Below, in pieces: positions 25,410-38,682 of a DNA stretch of 64,000 bases (the stretch's first letter is position 1; each line of letters opens with the position of its first letter). The notes beneath the pieces were generated by a model. It worked only from the letters and a program-made list of their open reading frames with translations, was not told where the DNA came from and searched no databases. This DNA comes from Mobula hypostoma (taxonomy: Eukaryota). Position numbers and translations under genes: made by a program. The stretch covers positions 118,670,001-118,734,000 of the forward strand of contig NC_086097.1 of assembly GCF_963921235.1 (NCBI RefSeq), in the 5' to 3' direction.

Positions 25410-25630
25410 GTTATTTATTTATTTATTGAGCTACAGCTTGGCATAAACCCTTCCTGCCCTTCGAACCACACGGCCCAGTAATCCCCGATTTAACCCTAGC
25501 CTAATTATCCAATGACCAATTAACCCACCAACCGTATGTCTTTGAGCTGTGGGAGGAAACCAGAGCACCTGGAGGAAACCCACACAGTCATGGTGAGAAC
25601 ATGCAAACTCCTCACAGAGACCTGTGGGAT
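25410..25630 (-). mobile_element. V-SINE-like element
   Basis: tgtgggaggaaaccagagcacctggaggaaacccacacagtcatggtgagaacatgcaaactcc is the reverse complement of the V-SINE core; (ttta)n tail. Confidence 0.75.
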
Positions 25631-25809
25631 TTCTCATGTTTGGGCATCATTCAACCAACTTTGGCTGATGAACATGAAAGTGCTGGAAAGTGCTGCATTC
25701 TGAGCAATTTTAATTTCTGTAAGGTTGAAGTCCCTGTCAGGATAAACAGATTAGTATAATTTTGTGCTATCTACCTGAAGGAAAGAGGCAAATACTATTC
25801 CTCCTTGTT

Positions 25810-26335
25810 ACATGCAGTGGTCACTTTATGAAGTACCTCCTGTATCTAATAAAGCAGCCTCTGGGTGTTTGTTTGTGGTCTTCTGATACTGTAGACCATC
25901 CACCTCAAGTTTTGACGTGTTGTGTGCTCTTCTGCCTGCGTGGTTATTTGAGTTATTGTCACCTTCTTGTCAGCTTGAACCAGTCTGACCTTTCTTCTCT
26001 GACCAGCTGTCCTCATTGCCCAAAGGACTGCTGCTTACTTGATGTTTTCATTTTGTTTTTCACACCATTCTGTGTAAACTCTAGAGACTGCTGTACATGA
26101 AAATCCCAGTAGATCTGCAGTTCCTGAGATACTCAAACCACCCCGTCTGGCACCAACAACCATTCCACGATCAAAGTCACATTTCTTCCCCAGTCTGATG
26201 TTTTGTCTAAATCACAACTGAACCTATTGACAATGTCTGAATGTTTTTATGCATTGAGTTACTGCTACCTGATTGGCTGATTAGATATTTGTATGAACGA
26301 GCAGGTGTACCTAATAAAGTGGCCATTGAATGTTC
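25810..26335 (-). mobile_element. Non-autonomous Tc1-like DNA transposon
   Basis: TIRs cagtggtcactttatgaagtac / gtacctaataaagtggccattg; same family as 37028-37179 plus 48978-49590. Confidence 0.75.
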
Positions 26336-27454
26336 ATGGTGAAATAAATCGGAAGTCTGTAATTCAAAATGGTGTTGGCTTTGAAATAGAATTGTTTTGA
26401 GAAAGTAAAAGGAGTACAAATCTATAGCCTGGAGAGCAGCTAATAATGAATACATGTTTGTCTGGGGAAGGTGAGATCACTGTGCAGGTGCAGGTGTTAA
26501 ATGCCGCTTTATCATGAGGAAGTACTGGGGAAAATTATGTTAAAGTTTTGAAGGAATGTTGAAGAGTGTAAAAAGGAGCATTTTCTTTGTGCAAGAGGAA
26601 ATCCTCTCCCCGGCTGGGTCACAACGAGTGCCAGTCCTAAGAGCTGGAGTTAGAGACAAGGAGATAGAAAAGGTGAGGAAAGGGGAGAGCAGGTGCCGTG
26701 AAAGATTGCCAGATCTGCAGTTCCCTCCGGCATTCTGCAGATTCGCTTAGATAGTGGATGATAAGTATTTGTTTGTTTTCTGTGCTACAACTTCATTAAT
26801 CATTTGTTTTCCTTTCTGTTTTGCATGTGTTATATAACGGTGATAATGTAATTTCTTTTCGTTTAACATGTGTACAGTGACTCCTTTGTTTGCAGAACAG
26901 TTTGAGAATGCTCCTTCCTGAATCAGCAATGAACACAGAACAAATTGTTAAAATGTTTCTGTTACACTGCCATTCAAACCCCCCAGTGGGCCAGGTCACC
27001 ATGTGCTGTAGTTCCGCCTCTTCACCTAAGATTACCCTTCCTTAGGTTTTTCAGCTCCTTCTTTGTCTAGATTTTGTTAAAATAATAAAAGTTCCACTCT
27101 GCAACACTAATAAAGAGTGTTACACAATGAATGGTATGGTGCTGCATATAATTGCAAATACATTATTCACATGAGTGCAGATAATTTCTGGGACATGTCT
27201 TGTTGAGTTTCTACAATGTCATGAAGCAACTCAAATGAATTTCCTTGCTTTTCTCCAAGGTCGTTATTAGCATGCTTTAAGAAAATAGAAGTGTCGCTCA
27301 ATCATTTTCCTTGACTAACGTGTTCTCTCATCTGAAATTAGCCGTGGAACATCATTGCTAAATGCAAATGGTCAGTAACATATAATACCTATTAAAGCAT
27401 TGAGTCCCAAGTGGTAAACCAAACAGGGCTCAGCACAGTCTGCCTGTATTTGTC

Positions 27455-27720
27455 TTGCAACTACCATCAGGTAGGTGGTGCAGGAAATCCTTGGTACCAC
27501 ACCCCCAGGTTCAGGGGCAATTATTGGCTTGCAGCCATCAGGCTCCTGGCCCTGCCTCAGCATTGAACTTGACCCCACAGCCTGCAACCTCGCTTTCAGG
27601 GACTCCGCAGTTCATGATTTACGAATTATTTATTTACTTTTTTAACTATTTGCACAATTTGTCCTCATTTTCACACTGATTTGTTGTGTGTGGCTTTTCG
27701 TGGATTCTATTGTGTTTCTT
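27455..27720 (+). mobile_element. Rex1/L2-like 3' fragment
   Basis: LPSGRWCRKSL..ttcagg..ccatcaggctcctg motif shared with 35700-35820 and 60530-60910. Confidence 0.55.
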
Positions 27721-28626
27721 TTCCTTGTTCCATTTCTCTGCACATCTCTCACTTTGAGCAACACGGTTTCTCAAGAAGGTAAGAGGAAACTGAACTTGTG
27801 CTTATTTTTGCCATGTGGATTATTCCTCTCCGGTTGAAATCTGTGACCCGAGCAATGTGGCAATGTGGTCACAGGGAGATGCCCACCTGTGACCTGGGAC
27901 ACATCATTATCTAGAAATTCACCCTCTCTTGACAGTGGCAAATGTGTGATGCAGTGATAATTGCTACTATTGACCTTGCCGGAAGTGAGATTCAGACCTG
28001 TGATGTCATGTGCAGTGGGAGGGAGTTAGTCTGTTTAGTGCCAGTGAGCTTCTGTCTTCTTTTGAGTTAAATTTGGTGATTGAACACCCGAGCCATTTAA
28101 GGCACATCTTGCATATTTTCAAAAGTCTTAGGCACATACAGGTATATGCATATAGCTAGTGTGGCTGAAACTTTTGCACATTACTGGATTTACTCAGCGA
28201 AGCTGAGAGTGAGTTTGAAAACCTGGTTGGAGCAGAGGATATTGAGAAAGGCAAGGGTGGAGCTCTGCAGGTGGTGTGTGGGACAGGTGGCAGAAAAGGA
28301 GTGTCAGAAGCAGACACACCCAGCCCTTGCACACCAGGCAAAATAATATGATTCCAACAAATGGTTTATTGATCATTACAGAATGTCTCTCTGGTGCTTC
28401 CTGCTCCATCCCCTTTTCCCAAACATGATTCTCCTTTCCCTGCTCCCATCCCACTCTTAGTCCACAATAGAGACCCATATCAGAATCAGGTTTGTCATCA
28501 CTCAGATATGACATGAAATTTGTTGTTTATTTGCAGTAGCAGTATAGTGCAATACATAGAATATTACTATAGTACTGTGCACAATTCAGAGGTATCCTAG
28601 GTATGCACAAATCCAACATATGTGCG

Positions 28627-30050
28627 TGTCATAGTCTGGTCCGTGAAGTCCGTGTTCCGGTTCACGGTCCGGTCCATGGTTCCTTGTTCTGGGGTTTCTG
28701 GTTTTCCCCAGTTTCTGTTGTGGGCACATGTTTCTCATTCTGGGGCCGAGACATAAATACTTCTGCAAACGAGGGATTCCCTGCTGGACTGTCCCGTTCC
28801 CCTCCCTGTCTTTTCCCCCCTTGCCTGACCCTCTGCCTGGATGCCTCGCCTGGATACCCTGCCTGTATACCCTGCCTGTATCACTGAAGTTTTACTGCCG
28901 GAGCAAGACCAGAGCCTTGTTAGGTCAAGATAAGGAACTGTTTTTCATTGTGTGGAATTGTCTCTCTGTGTTAACGCCTTTGCTAGGTAGGTCTGGCCAT
29001 TTGCCGCTACCTAGTGTTAGGATCTGTCTCTGTGTCCATGCCTTTGCTAGGTGGGTCCGGCTGTTTGCCACTACCTAGTGTTGAGATCTGTCTCTTCATG
29101 TTCAGTGTTACGTGCGTGAATAGCGGCCCTACGTCCGGTTCCCAAGGAGGGGTCCCGGCTCTGTGTTATGTGTGCGAGTCCCAGCCCTACGTCCTGTTAC
29201 CAAGGAGAGGTCCTGGCTCTGTGTTCCCTGCTCCTGTCTCTTCTCATCGAAGACTCTGTGCTCCTGAAGGCCCTCGTCCAGTCCGTACCTCGTCCAGTCC
29301 TATCTGAGTCCTGTCCATGTGCCTTTACCTGTCCTTGTGTCTCGCCCTACCCAGGAGTTCCACACCCAAGCCATGTCCAGTCCTGTAGTCTCGTCTTGTT
29401 CTCGCCTAGTTCTGGAGTCCGAGCCCGAGTCAAGTCCTAGGTTCTGGGTCCTTGCCCAGTCTCTGGCTCGGAGTCCATACCCAAGCCTCGAAGTACCCTA
29501 GACCCAAGACCAAGACCCCAGCCTGCAGGCCTCAAGACCAAGACGCCCAGCCCGCCTCCAAGCGCTGGCCCCAAGACGCCCAGCCCGCCTCCAAGCGCTG
29601 GTCCCAAGACACCCAGCCCGCCTCCAAGCGCTGGCCCCAAGACGCCCAGCCCGCCTCCAAGCGCTGGTCCCAAGATGCCCAGCCCGCCTCCAAGCACTGG
29701 TCCCAAGTCGCCCAGCCCACCTCCAAGCGCTGGCCCCAAGACGCCCAGCCCGCCTCCAAGCGCTGGCCCCAAGACACCCAGCCCACCTCCAAACTCAAGC
29801 CTCAAGACCCCAGCCTCCAGTCCTGCAGTCATATCATGTCCTTGCCTAGTTCTGGGGCCCAGACCCGAGGCAAGACCTATGTTCTGGGTCCTTGTCCAGT
29901 CTCTGGCTTGGGGTCCAAGCCCTAGTCTGCGTTCTTGTCCCTGCTCCTTGTCTGTATCCTGTCATGTCCCTATTCTAGTCAAGTCCTGTTCCTTGTACTT
30001 CAGTGTCTGTGTCTTGCATTTGGGTCCGCCATCAGTGCCCCCGTGTGACA
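28627..30050. mobile_element. LTR-like element (tgtca...tgaca) with internal tandem arrays
   Basis: Inverted termini TGTCA/TGACA; GC-rich, non-coding; its end resembles the reverse complement of 63192-63225. Confidence 0.65.
29539..29795. repeat. 33-bp GC-rich minisatellite, about 7.5 copies
   Basis: Unit caagacgcccagcccgcctccaagcgctggccc. Confidence 0.95.
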
Positions 30051-30214
30051 ATGCCAAGTATGCCAAGTTTCTTCAGGAAAAAAAAGTGCTAATTTCTGTT
30101 CCCCATGTCAGGGGCCAGAGGTGTTAATATCTTTGTAAGTCAATTGGGATATGCATGATGTAAACTTTGTATGGCCTGGCAGTCTTGATCCTATATAATA
30201 TAATAAGCTGGCAA

Positions 30215-30510
30215 TATTAGAACATTGAACATTGCAGTGCAGTTCAGGCATTTTGGCCCACAATATTGGGCTGAATTTTTAACCGACTCTACAATAAATC
30301 TAACCCGTCCCTCGCACATAGCTTCCCATTCTTCCATCATCCATGTGCCCATCTAAAAGTTTCTTAAGTGTCCCTAATGTATCTGCCTCGAATATCATCC
30401 CTGCTGGGCATTCCCCACACTCACCACTGCCTGTGTAAACAACTTCCCTCCGACATCCTCCCTTACACTTTCTTACAATTACCTTAAAATTATGCCCCTT
30501 TATATTTGTT
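30215..30510 (-). mobile_element. CR1 3' fragment
   Basis: KGHNFKVIVRKCKG..EADTLGTLKKLLD; CR1-type tail. Confidence 0.75.
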
Positions 30511-30519
30511 ATTCCCCCC

Positions 30520-32695
30520 GGGGAATTACAGAAGCAAGAGTGAGGGGTTGGCCAGAATTGATTGGAAAAGAATACTGGCAGCAATGACAGCAGAGCAGTA
30601 ATGGCTGGAATTTCTGGAAGCAATTCCGAAGGCACAGTATATGTACTTCCCAAAGATGAATAAGTATTCTAAAGGAAAGATGATATAGCTGTGGCTAACA
30701 AGAGAAGTCAAAGCCAACATAAAAACCAAGGAGAGGGCATATAATAGAGTAAGAATTATTGGGAAGTTAGAAGATTTGGAAGTTTTTAAAAGCCAACAGA
30801 AGGCAACTAAAAAGTCATTAAGAAGATAAAGATGGAATACAAAGGTATGTTAGCCAATAATATGAAAGAGGATATCAAAAGTTTCTTCAGATGCATTAAG
30901 TGTAAAAGAGAGGTGAGAATGGATATTGGAACGTTGGAAAATGATGCAGGAGACGTAGTAATGGGGGACAACAAAATGTGGATGAATTGAATAAGTATTT
31001 TGCATCAGTCTTCATAGTGGGAGATACTTGCAGTATGGTGGAAGTTCCAGGTATCAGCGGGCATGAAGTGTGTGAAATTACTATAAATAGACAGAAGGTT
31101 CTTGGGAAACTGAAAGGTCTGAAAGTCGATAAGTTATCTGCACCTGGTGGTGTACACCCCAGAGTTCTGAAAGAGGTAGATGAAGAGATCATGGAGACAT
31201 TAATAATGATCTTTCAAGAATCACTAGATTCTGCAATGGTTCCGGAAAACTGCAGAATTGCAAATGTCACTCCACTCTTCAAGAAGAGAGAGAGGCAGAA
31301 GAAAGAACTGACCTCAGTTGTTGGGAAGATGTTGGATTTGATTATTAAGGATGAGGTCTGAGGTACTTGGAGGCACATGATAAAATAAGCCATAGTTGGC
31401 ATGGTTCCTTAAGGGAAAATCTTGCTTGACAAATCTGTTGGAATTCTTTAAAGAACTAACAAGCAGGATAGAAACAGTGGCATGCAAAAGTTTGGGCACC
31501 CCTGGTCAAAATTTCTGTTATTGTGAATAGCTAAGCGAGTAAAAGATGAACTGCTTTCCAAAAGGCATAAAGTTAAAGATGACACATTTCTTCAATATTT
31601 TAAGCAAGGAAACTTTTTTTTATTTCCATCTTTTACGGTTTCAAAATAACAAAAAAGGAAAAGGGCCCGAAGCAAAAGTTTGGGCACCCTGCATGGTCAG
31701 TACTTAGTAACACCCCCTTTGGCAAGTATCACAGCTTATAAACGCTTTTTGTAGCCAGCTAAGAGTAGTTCAATTCTTGTTTGGGGGATTTTCGCCCATT
31801 CTTTCTTGCAAAAGTCTTTTAGTTCTGTGAGATTCTTGGGCCGTCTTGCAGGCAGTGCTCTTTTGAGGTCTATCCACAGATTTTTAATAATGTTTAGGTC
31901 AGGGGACTATGAGGCCCATTGCAAAACCTTCAGCTTGCACCTCTTGAAGTAGTCCATTGTGGATTTTGAGGCGCGTTTAGGTTCGTTATCCTGTTGTAGA
32001 AGCCATCCGCTTTTCATCTTCGGCTTTTTTACAGATGGTGTGATGTTTGCTTCCAGAATTTGCTGGTATTTAATTGACTTCATTCTTCCCTCTACCAGTA
32101 AATGTTCCCTATTCCACTGGCTACAACACAAGCCCAAAGCATGATCAATCCAAACCCATGCTTAACAATTGGAGAGGGGTTCTTTTCATGAGATTCTGCA
32201 CCCTTTTTTCTCCAAACATACATTTGCTCCTTGCGGCCAAAAAGTCCTATTTTAACTTCATCAGGCCACAGGCTTGTTTAGATTTTCCTTTGAACCTTTT
32301 GAATAGAAGTGGATTCAAAGGAGGTTCATGAAAATAATTGCAGGATTGAGTGGCATGTCCTATGAAGAGCACTTGATGGCTCTAGGCCTCTATTCATTAG
32401 AATTCAAAAGAATGAGGGGTGACTTCATTGAAACTTATTGAGTGGTGAAAGGCATTTATAGAGTGGATATGGAGAGGATGCTTCCTGTGGTGGGAGAGTC
32501 TAAAACCAAAGGACACAGCCTCAGAATAGATGAGCGTCCTTTTAGAACAGAGGTGAAGAGGAATTTCTTTAGCCAAAGGGTGGTGAACCTGTGGAATTTG
32601 TTTCCACTGGCAGCTGTGGAGGCTGTCTTTATATATACTTAAGGCAGACGTGATGGGCCAAATGGCCTAATTCTGCTCCTATACCTTATGGTCTC
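30520..32695 (+). mobile_element. CR1 ORF2 remnants (30520-31473 and 32290-32695) interrupted by Tc1
   Basis: ELNKYFASVF..HPRVLKEV..ANVTPLFKK; GHSLRI..RNFFSQRVVNLWN. Confidence 0.85.
31475..32280 (-). mobile_element. Tc1/mariner transposon, one end plus transposase C-terminus
   Basis: TIR cagtggcatgcaaaagtttgggcaccc with inner direct repeat at about 31672-31690; LQQDNEPK..KVLQW..SPDLNII catalytic region. Confidence 0.9.
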
Positions 32696-32844
32696 ATTTC
32701 TTCTTCCCACTGAGGTTGAGGGAACAGACTTTGAAGCTGACATTTGGCCTTGTGGAAGAACTCCAAGCTTCAGTTTCCCTTTGAGTGTTGAAATGTTTCT
32801 GAAACTGAGGCCTGATTGGACTGGATCCAATTAGTTGGCTAGGT

Positions 32845-33415
32845 TAACATGCACAAAATGCTGGAGGAACTCAGCAGTTAGGCAGAATGTATGGAGACGA
32901 ATAAGCAGTCAACTTTTCTGGTTATGACCCTTCATCGGGACCTGAAAGGAAGGGGGATGAAGCTGGAATAAGAAGGTGGGGGCGGAGGGGAAGGAGTACA
33001 AGCTGGAAGATGACAGGTGAATTTAGGTGAGGGAGAAGTTAGGCAGGTGGGGGAGGGATGATGGTGGGAAGCTGAGAGGTGATAGATGGAAGGGATAATG
33101 AGCCAAAGAGAAAGGAATCTAATATGAAAGGAGAATGGCCATGGAAGAAAGGGAATGAGAGGGGGGATGGACAAGTGAGAAAGAGAGAAGGTATAAGAAG
33201 GGAGCTAGAATGGGGAACGAAAAAGGAGAGGGAGTTGTAGTGTGGAAGAAATTATTGAAATTTGGAGAAATTGATGTTCATGCTGTCAGGTTGGAGGCTA
33301 TTCAGAATACTACAACAACTTGAGAGTGACTTCATTTTGGCAGTAGAGGAGGCCATGGCCCAGTATGTCAGAATGGGAATGGGGAATGGAATTAAAATGG
33401 TTGGCACTTGGATGA
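32845..33415 (-). mobile_element. Decayed Penelope-like terminal fragment
   Basis: Colinear with 21420-21990; hammerhead core degenerate. Confidence 0.7.
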
Positions 33416-33689
33416 CCAGTAGATTACATTTCCTGGCTTAAGACTTCAAACCAACGTGAATACTTCCTTTCTGCTAATCAGTTCCCTTCAACACCTTGCA
33501 TACTTCAATCAAATTGAACCCAAAGTGTACGAAAAGGTGTTACCTAAAACAGACATGAAATACTCCAGTAGTTCAGTTATCAATGTCCAGGCCACTAGAC
33601 CATTGAGCTTTCCTTTCCATAAGGTCTCGCTCGTACTGGTTACAGTGAAAATGCATGGATGGGAATAGCACCTTCGTGATAATTATTAT

Positions 33690-35060
33690 TATTCATAATA
33701 GCAATAATCGTAACACAAACCCATAAAAGAAGTCACACCTTACTATAAATACAAGCCTGATCCAGTTTTAGAGTCAGAGTCCTACAAATTTTATTATGAC
33801 CAATCAATTATTACAGATAGGACAATCGATAATAACCATCTGAATGTAATAATACAGGTTAAACAAGCAAGAACAACTCACTTCATAGATATGGCTATTC
33901 CAAACACACCTGACTTACAGAAATTAACAAATGAAAAACACCACAAATATGCTGAATTGAAAGAGGAGATTGAAGGACTATGGAACAGGAACAAGGTATA
34001 CATTGTCCCAGTAGTAATATCTACAACTGATATCATTCCAAAGGCACTTGTTACATGCCTCAAGGAGATCTGTGTTTTTTTGTGAGAATGATGTAATGGT
34101 CTTTTGGAGGTCACCTGATGTAATTTTCCCGCCGATGTGAGGTCATGTGATGACATGTGCACCATGGGTATATAAGGGTAGACCCCAGATGACGCTGTTA
34201 GTTTTTACTTTTTAGATTTCCAGCTAGAACGAACTGTGTCTCCGTTTCTGTTGCGCATTTGCCTTTGTGACGCAGTTTCATTTTTTAAAACGGTTGTTAC
34301 GTTCTGTTGCAAGATACAATATTATTGGACTGGAATTTTTTGGCTAGATGTGCTGATTTACCTTATTCCAGCAGTAGAAGGGAGAGTGAAGATTTATCGA
34401 GGTAGAGGACCCAAGGGATCGAAAGGAGTCGGTATCATTCGGCAGTTTAACAAAGGATCGACCTTATTGAGTCTTCCTTGAAGGAGTAGCGACCTGCATT
34501 GAGATAACTCTTGCCAAAAGAGCAGGATTTCATGCAAAGGTTTGCTCTATCTAAAATAATTTAAGGTCGGTTGTTTTAAACTGTTTATTTACTGCATTGT
34601 GAATCCTTTGGACAGAACCAGCAGGAGCGTCGCGTCTATGAAGGAATCCTTCTCCAGAGAAGTCTCTCCGAATTGAACGTATAAATCTGTTGGATTTACG
34701 AATTTACCATTTCAAGAACTATATCTGACTTTATCGTTTAAGAATTATTTTCGCATTTAACGCTTTAAGAACCAGTGCCGAGTGACGATTTGTTGAACGG
34801 CTGCATGATGGTTAACTTCCGGTTAAGGTTTTCATTTTTTTTATCGTTTATCCGTGTTTAATAAATGTTTGGCTGTTTTTATATAACCTGTCTCGATTGA
34901 TATTCATTGTTGCCGGTTACGTAACACACTACACAATAGCATTAAACAACTAGGGCTACACACCAATATTTATGTATATTTTCAGAAAGCCACAATTACT
35001 AAACACCACTAGAATAGTCCAAAGGCCCCTAGCAATTGAGAAATGAACATGCTTGGCTGT
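33690..35060 (+). mobile_element. R4/Dong-clade non-LTR element C-terminus (restriction-like endonuclease), split by a solo LTR
   Basis: YYDQSIITDRTI..IDMAIPNT..EKHHKYAELKEEIEGLW..IVPVVIST..IPKAL, resuming HNSIKQLGL after 34930. Confidence 0.75.
34049..34926 (+). mobile_element. Solo LTR, 878 bp
   Basis: Termini tgttac...gtaaca; perfect 4-bp TSD cact (34045-34048, 34927-34930); tataag near 34170; aataaa at 34860. Confidence 0.9.
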
Positions 35061-35062
35061 GT

Positions 35063-36010
35063 GCTGAGCCCTCTTCTGTACTCCCTTTTCACCTATGACT
35101 GTGTTCCTGTACATGATTCTAACTCCATAATCAAGTTCGCAGACGATTGGTTGGCCTGATCAGAGGGGATGACGAGACGGCCTACAGGGACGAGGTCCAG
35201 CACCTGGCCATGTGGTGTGCCGACAACAACCTGGCCCTTAACACCCAGAAGACCAAGGAGGTCATTGTGGACTTCAGGCATGCTAGAAGCCACACTCACG
35301 TCCCCATTTACATCAACGGAACTGTAGTGGAGCGTGTATCAAGCTTCAAATTCCTTGGTGTCCACATTTCCGAGGATCTCACCTGGTCCCTGAACTCCTC
35401 CATCCTGATCAAAAAGGCGCAACAGCACCTTTATTTCCCGCGGAGCATGAAGAAAGCTCACCTCTGTCCCAGGATACTGACGGACTTTTACCGCTGTACC
35501 ATTGAGAGCATACTCACCAACTGCATCTCAGTGTGGTATGGTAATTGTCACGTATCAGACCACAAAGCACTCCAGCATGTGGTAAAACCTGCCCACCTGA
35601 TTATCGGCACCCAATTTCCCACCATTGAGAACATCTACCATAAATGCTGCCTGGGCAGGGCGAAAAGCATTATCAAGGATGCATCTCACCCTAACCATGG
35701 ACTTTTTACTCTCCTCCCGTCCGGTAGGTGCTACAGGAGCCTCCGCTCCCACACCAGCAGGCACAGGAAGATCTTCTTCCCTGAGGCTGTGACACTGCTG
35801 AACCTCTCATCACAGCGCTAAGCAGTATTGCATCCATATTGTACTGTCTCGGTGCTTTTATATTTGTGTGTTGTAGCACTTTTTTTTATTCTCAGTTATT
35901 TTGTAAGTAACACTATTCTTTACATTTCTGGTCAGATGCTAAATGCATTTCATTAGCTTTGTATCTGTACTCGGCACAATAACAATAAAGTTGAATCTAA
36001 TCAAATCTAA
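35063..36010 (+). mobile_element. Rex1/Babar-like LINE 3' fragment
   Basis: LSPLLYSLFT..IKFADD; ORF 35147-35821 WCADNNLALNTQKTKEVIVDFR..FKFLGVHI..FYRCTIESIL; (aatct)n tail. Confidence 0.9.
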
Positions 36011-36455
36011 TTTTAATTCCACTTCCCATTCCCATTCCGATATGTCAATCTATGGCCTCCTCTACTGTCGCGATGAGGCCACATTCAAGTTGGAGACCAT
36101 TCCCCATCCCCTTTTCCCTCTCCTACTTTATCTTCTTGCCTGCCTATCACATCCGTCTGGTGCTCCTCTCCTCTTCTCTTTCTTTCATGGCCTTCTGTTT
36201 TCTCCTATCAGACTCCTCCTTCTCCAGCCCTGTATTTCATTCACCAATCAACTTCCCAGCACTTCACTTCATCCCGCCACCTCCCAGTTTCACCTATCAC
36301 TTTGTGTTTCTCTCTCACCTTCCTCCACCTTGTAAATCCATTCCTCATCTCTTTTTTTCTCCAGTGCTGCTGAAGGGTCTTGTCCTAAAATGTCGACGGT
36401 ACTTTTTTCCATAGGTGTTGCCTGGCCTTCTGAGTACCTCCAGCATTTTGTTTGT
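36011..36455 (+). mobile_element. Penelope-like terminal fragment
   Basis: ttttaattccacttcccattcccattccgatatgtc as in other PLE copies; degenerate hammerhead at about 36362-36398. Confidence 0.75.
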
Positions 36456-37522
36456 GTGACAATGCACATCCTTGGGTGTGTTAGCTGTTAGCACAAATGA
36501 TGCATTTCATTCTATGTTTCAATGCAGATATGATAAATAAATCAGAATCAGAATCCAAATCTTCAGATGTGCTGGTTCCTTGTTCAGCTTTAACCAACAA
36601 CCATGAATAGTTCTGGGTTCTGTACAACCCAGAGAGTCTGCCTTGCTTGAGTTTCCGTAGTGCCAGATTGGCCGATTTTTCGGACTATTGGATGCTATTT
36701 ATGAGGGACTCAAAGAGCTGAAGGACACACCCTGCTTTGTGTCAATCACCATTGGCTTTGTAGCTCTATTAAAACATGAAACATTGCTCAAAAATCTAAG
36801 ATCATATTTCAGTACAATTTGCCCTCAAGGCTACAGGAAAGAAAATTAAAAAAAGTCTGTAGATGCTAGAAATCCAAAACAACACACACAAGATGCTAAA
36901 GGATCTCAGCAGGTCTGGCAGCATCTATGGAATTGAATAAACAGTCACTGTTTCGGGCCAAGAACTAAACGTGCCTAAGCCACATAGGTAGTCAATTAAA
37001 CTTAGTCCTTCAGATTGTTCTGCAAACTACACTTAGTGGTGGCCACCTTATTAGATACATTGGCACATTGATGTAAACTTTTAATCAGCTAAAAATGTGG
37101 CAGCAACTCAATGCATAAAAGCATGTAGACATAGTCAAGAGATACAGTTATTGTTCACACCGAATATCAGAATGGTGAATGTTATGTTTTCTAACTTCAA
37201 AACAACAAACTAATTCAAAGGAAGTCACAGGAGTCTGAACTGTGTGCTTGACTTCATGTTTACTTTAAGCAAGATGCACACGTATCACATGGTAGCATAT
37301 TTAATCATATAACGTAAATTCATGTATTTAACATATAATTCGTAGTGAATTATTTAAATGAATAAGAATACTTAATTACCCTATATATATATATAGATAT
37401 ATATCTATATATATATAGAACTCAAATATTACTTAAATATTAAATACACAACCCTGCTCACTGCTTAACTAAAAACTCTAACTCAATTGGGAATGCATCT
37501 TATCTATATACCCAGTACACTA

Positions 37523-37820
37523 TACAAGGGGTGATTGATAAGTTCACGGCATAAGGTAGAAGGAGTCAGTTTTAGAAAACCTAGCACATTTATTTTTCAA
37601 CATAGTCCCCTCCTACATTTACACACTTAGTCCAGCGGTCGTGGTGCATAAGGATCTTGGACCTCCAGAAAGTGTCCACAGCAGGGATGATTGATAGGTT
37701 TGTGGCCTAAGGTAGAAGGAGATGAGTTATTAACTTCAAGCTTTCTGCATAATCACTCAAAGAGTGGACCTGCATGTGCATGTAAAGAGAGCTGTATAAC
37801 TCATCTCCTTCTACCTTAGA
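37523..37820. mobile_element. Mariner-derived MITE fragment
   Basis: ta-caaggggtgattgataagtt terminus; internal repeat and hairpin taaggtagaaggagatgagttat / ataactcatctccttctacctta. Confidence 0.6.
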
Positions 37821-38682
37821 AAGTCTTGAAAGTCTACCTTTCAAGACTCTGCTTGACAGGTGAGACTTATGGCTGTGAAACAGTCTCAGGATATGCAGCC
37901 TTCTTGACAGTGGTTGGGGGAGTTGACTCTGAGAGTGCAGGAAGTGGTTCTGATCGTGGCAGCCGACTTTGACTCCGCACTCCTCAGCTGATCACTATGT
38001 CATCTCCAAGTGATGTCAGATAGAATCTCCACTGTGTAGGAGAAATGGTCCAGTTCTATCGCTAATCTTTCCAAATATCCGCTTTTGATCACCGCTGTAA
38101 TCTTTTGCCAAGACTGCTGTCCAGGAGTGAAACATCAGGCCTCCTTGTTTAAGGAGACTTTTATCAGCTGTTTATCTTGAAAACTCCTTCTGAGATTGGC
38201 TTTAAGGAGATCCAAGCATGAGTGCAGAGGATGATCCAGGAACAGCGTAGCTGGTGAGTTGTTGGTTGCAGAGATGCTACATTGCAGTGTGCAAAGTGGA
38301 AATGGATGAGCTTCTGATTCAGTGTCACTATAGTATGTTCTGCTGATATTGCTTGCAGTGTGTCCTTCAGACTCAGTACAGACTTTTCTGCCAAGCAGCT
38401 GGATGGTACAGTGCAGATGTAATATGCCTTATTTAATTCATTTTCAGGAATGAATGAAACTGTTCTGCTGCACTCTGTGGTCCATTGTCACTGACTAAGT
38501 GTTCTGGAACACCAATCCTTGAGAAGAGACTTCTCAACACATCAACAGTGTGCGAGGTTGTAATGGAGGCTATTAGGAACACTTCCAGCCACTTTGTAGC
38601 TGCATCCGCCGCTACCAAGAAATTTTTCCCCATGAATGGTCCAGCAAGATCCACATGAATCCTCTGCCAAGGCAATGCAGGT

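Noticed and set aside
29437..29925. Repetitive ORFs (GGGLGVLGPAL, QDAQPASKRWP) as genes, or a CRISPR array
   Set aside because: Products of a 33-bp tandem repeat with no unique spacers, in a eukaryotic TE context
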